Source of the DNA: Macrostomum lignano
Lineage: Eukaryota
Direction: 5' to 3'
DNA: 64,000 bases
Assembly (NCBI GenBank): GCA_002269645.1
Contig: NIVC01001552.1
Coordinates: forward strand, 1 to 64,000
Program-made: the position numbers and the translations under genes
Shown here: positions 62,440 through 64,000 of the stretch, piece after piece
Numbering within the stretch: position 1 is the first letter of the stretch
How the letters are laid out: every line of letters begins with the position of its first letter
The notes under the pieces: generated by a model
Database searches by the model: none
What the model was told of the DNA's origin: nothing
The model's input: only the letters and a program-made list of their open reading frames with translations

Positions 62440-64000
62440 CAATTGGGATTCAGATCCCCATAATATCAACGATTGGGATTCAGATCCCCATAATATCAAT
62501 AATTGGGATTCAGATCCCCATAATCTCAACAATAGGGATTTAGATCCCCATTATCTCAACAATTGGGATTCAGATCCCCATAATCTCAAACAATTGGGAT
62601 TCAGATCCCCATAATCTCAAACAATTGGGATTCAGATCCCCATAATCTCAAACAATTGGGATTTACATCCCCATAATCTCAACAATTGGGATTTAGATCC
62701 CCATTTTCTCAACAATTGGGATTCAGATCCCCATAATCTCAAACAATTGGGATTCAGATACCCATAATCTCAAACAATTGGGATTCAGATCCCCATAATC
62801 TCAAACAATTGGGATTCAGATCCCCATAATATCAATAATTGGGATTCAGATCCCCATAATCTCAACAATAGGGATTTAGATCCCCATTATCTCAACAATT
62901 GGGATTCAGATCCCCATAATCTCAAACAATTGGGATTCAGATCCCCATAATCTCAAACAATTGGGATTCAGATCCCCATAATCTCAAACAATTGGGATTT
63001 AGATCCCCATAATCTCAACAATTGGGATTTAGATCCCCATTTTCTCAACAATTGGGATTCAGATCCCCATAATCTCAAACAATTGGGATTCAGATCCCCA
63101 TAATCTCAAACAATTGGGATTCAGATCCCCATAATCTCAAACAATTGGGATTCAGATCCCCATAATCTCAAACAATTGGGATTTAGATCCCCATAATCTC
63201 AAACAATTGGGATTTAGATCCCCATAATCTCAAACAATTGGGATTTAGATCCCCATAATCTCAAACAATTGGGATTTAGATCCCCATAATCTCAAACAAT
63301 TGGGATTCAGATCCCCATAATCTCAAACAATTGGGATTTAGATCCCCATAATGTCAAACAATTGGGATTCAGATCCCCATAATCTCAAACAATTGGGATT
63401 TAGATCCCCATAATCTCAAACAATTGGGATTCAGATCCCCATAATCTCAAACAATTGGGATTTAGATCCCCATAATATCAATAATTGGGATTCAGATCCC
63501 CATAATCTCAACAATTGGGATTCAGATCCCCATAATCTCAAACAATTGGGATTCAGATCCCCATTATCTCAACAATTGGGATTTAGATCCCCATTATCTC
63601 AACAATTGGGATTTAGATCCCCATAATCTCAAACAATTGGGATTCAGATCCCCATAATCTCAAACAATTGGGATTTAGATCCCCATAATCTCAAACAATT
63701 GGGATTCAGATCCCCATAATCTCAAACAATTGGGATTTAGATCCCCATAATCTCAAACAATTGGGATTTAGATCCCCATAATATCAATAATTGGGATTCA
63801 GATCCCCATAATCTCAACAATTGGGATTTAGATCCCCATTTTCTCAACAATTGGGATTCAGATCCCCATTTTCTCAACAATTGGGATTCAGATCCCCATA
63901 ATCTCAAACAATTGGGATTTAGATCCCCATAATCTCAAACAATTGGGATTTAGATCCCCATAATCTCAAACAATTGGGATTTAGATCCCCATAATCTCAA
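62440..64000. repeat. Minisatellite, 30-31 bp unit (caattgggattcagatccccataatctcaaa), CUB-gene intron 4, runs off the window
   Basis: Direct reading of tandem units. Confidence 0.97.

Noticed and set aside
51365-64000. CRISPR-like appearance of 28-42 bp repeats with internal palindromes
   Set aside because: The units are head-to-tail with no unique spacers, there are no cas genes, and the context is eukaryotic and intronic.

Overview
This is eukaryotic (animal) genomic DNA, not prokaryotic. GC-rich poly-Ala/Gln/Gly exons and introns stuffed with minisatellites suggest a flatworm such as Macrostomum (inference only). Host genes: (i) two tandem, intronless minus-strand paralogs encoding C3H zinc motif + coiled coil + NHL-like beta-propeller proteins (851-4896); (ii) a 4-exon NEK4 kinase gene on the minus strand (8970-18596); (iii) a 7-exon AFAP1/SKAP-like two-PH-domain adaptor gene on the plus strand (50040-56175); (iv) the 5' part of a signal peptide-CUB-LDLa gene (59702 onward, running off the window). 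The ~31 kb between NEK4 and the adaptor gene is a transposon graveyard with two triple nests: Penelope-like RT <- apparently intact, intron-containing hAT with ~389-bp inverted termini <- GC-rich MITE, and CACTA/EnSpm <- mariner <- MITE. It also holds a Merlin element, an internally deleted RTE LINE, an old mariner, a tRNA-derived SINE, a Helitron-like end and a decayed hammerhead ribozyme motif. Almost every intron over 500 bp carries its own private 18-42 bp minisatellite, while the TE-rich interval has almost none. Old TE copies show a CpG-deamination pattern. All exon models, boundaries and family assignments were made by eye; no database search was run.
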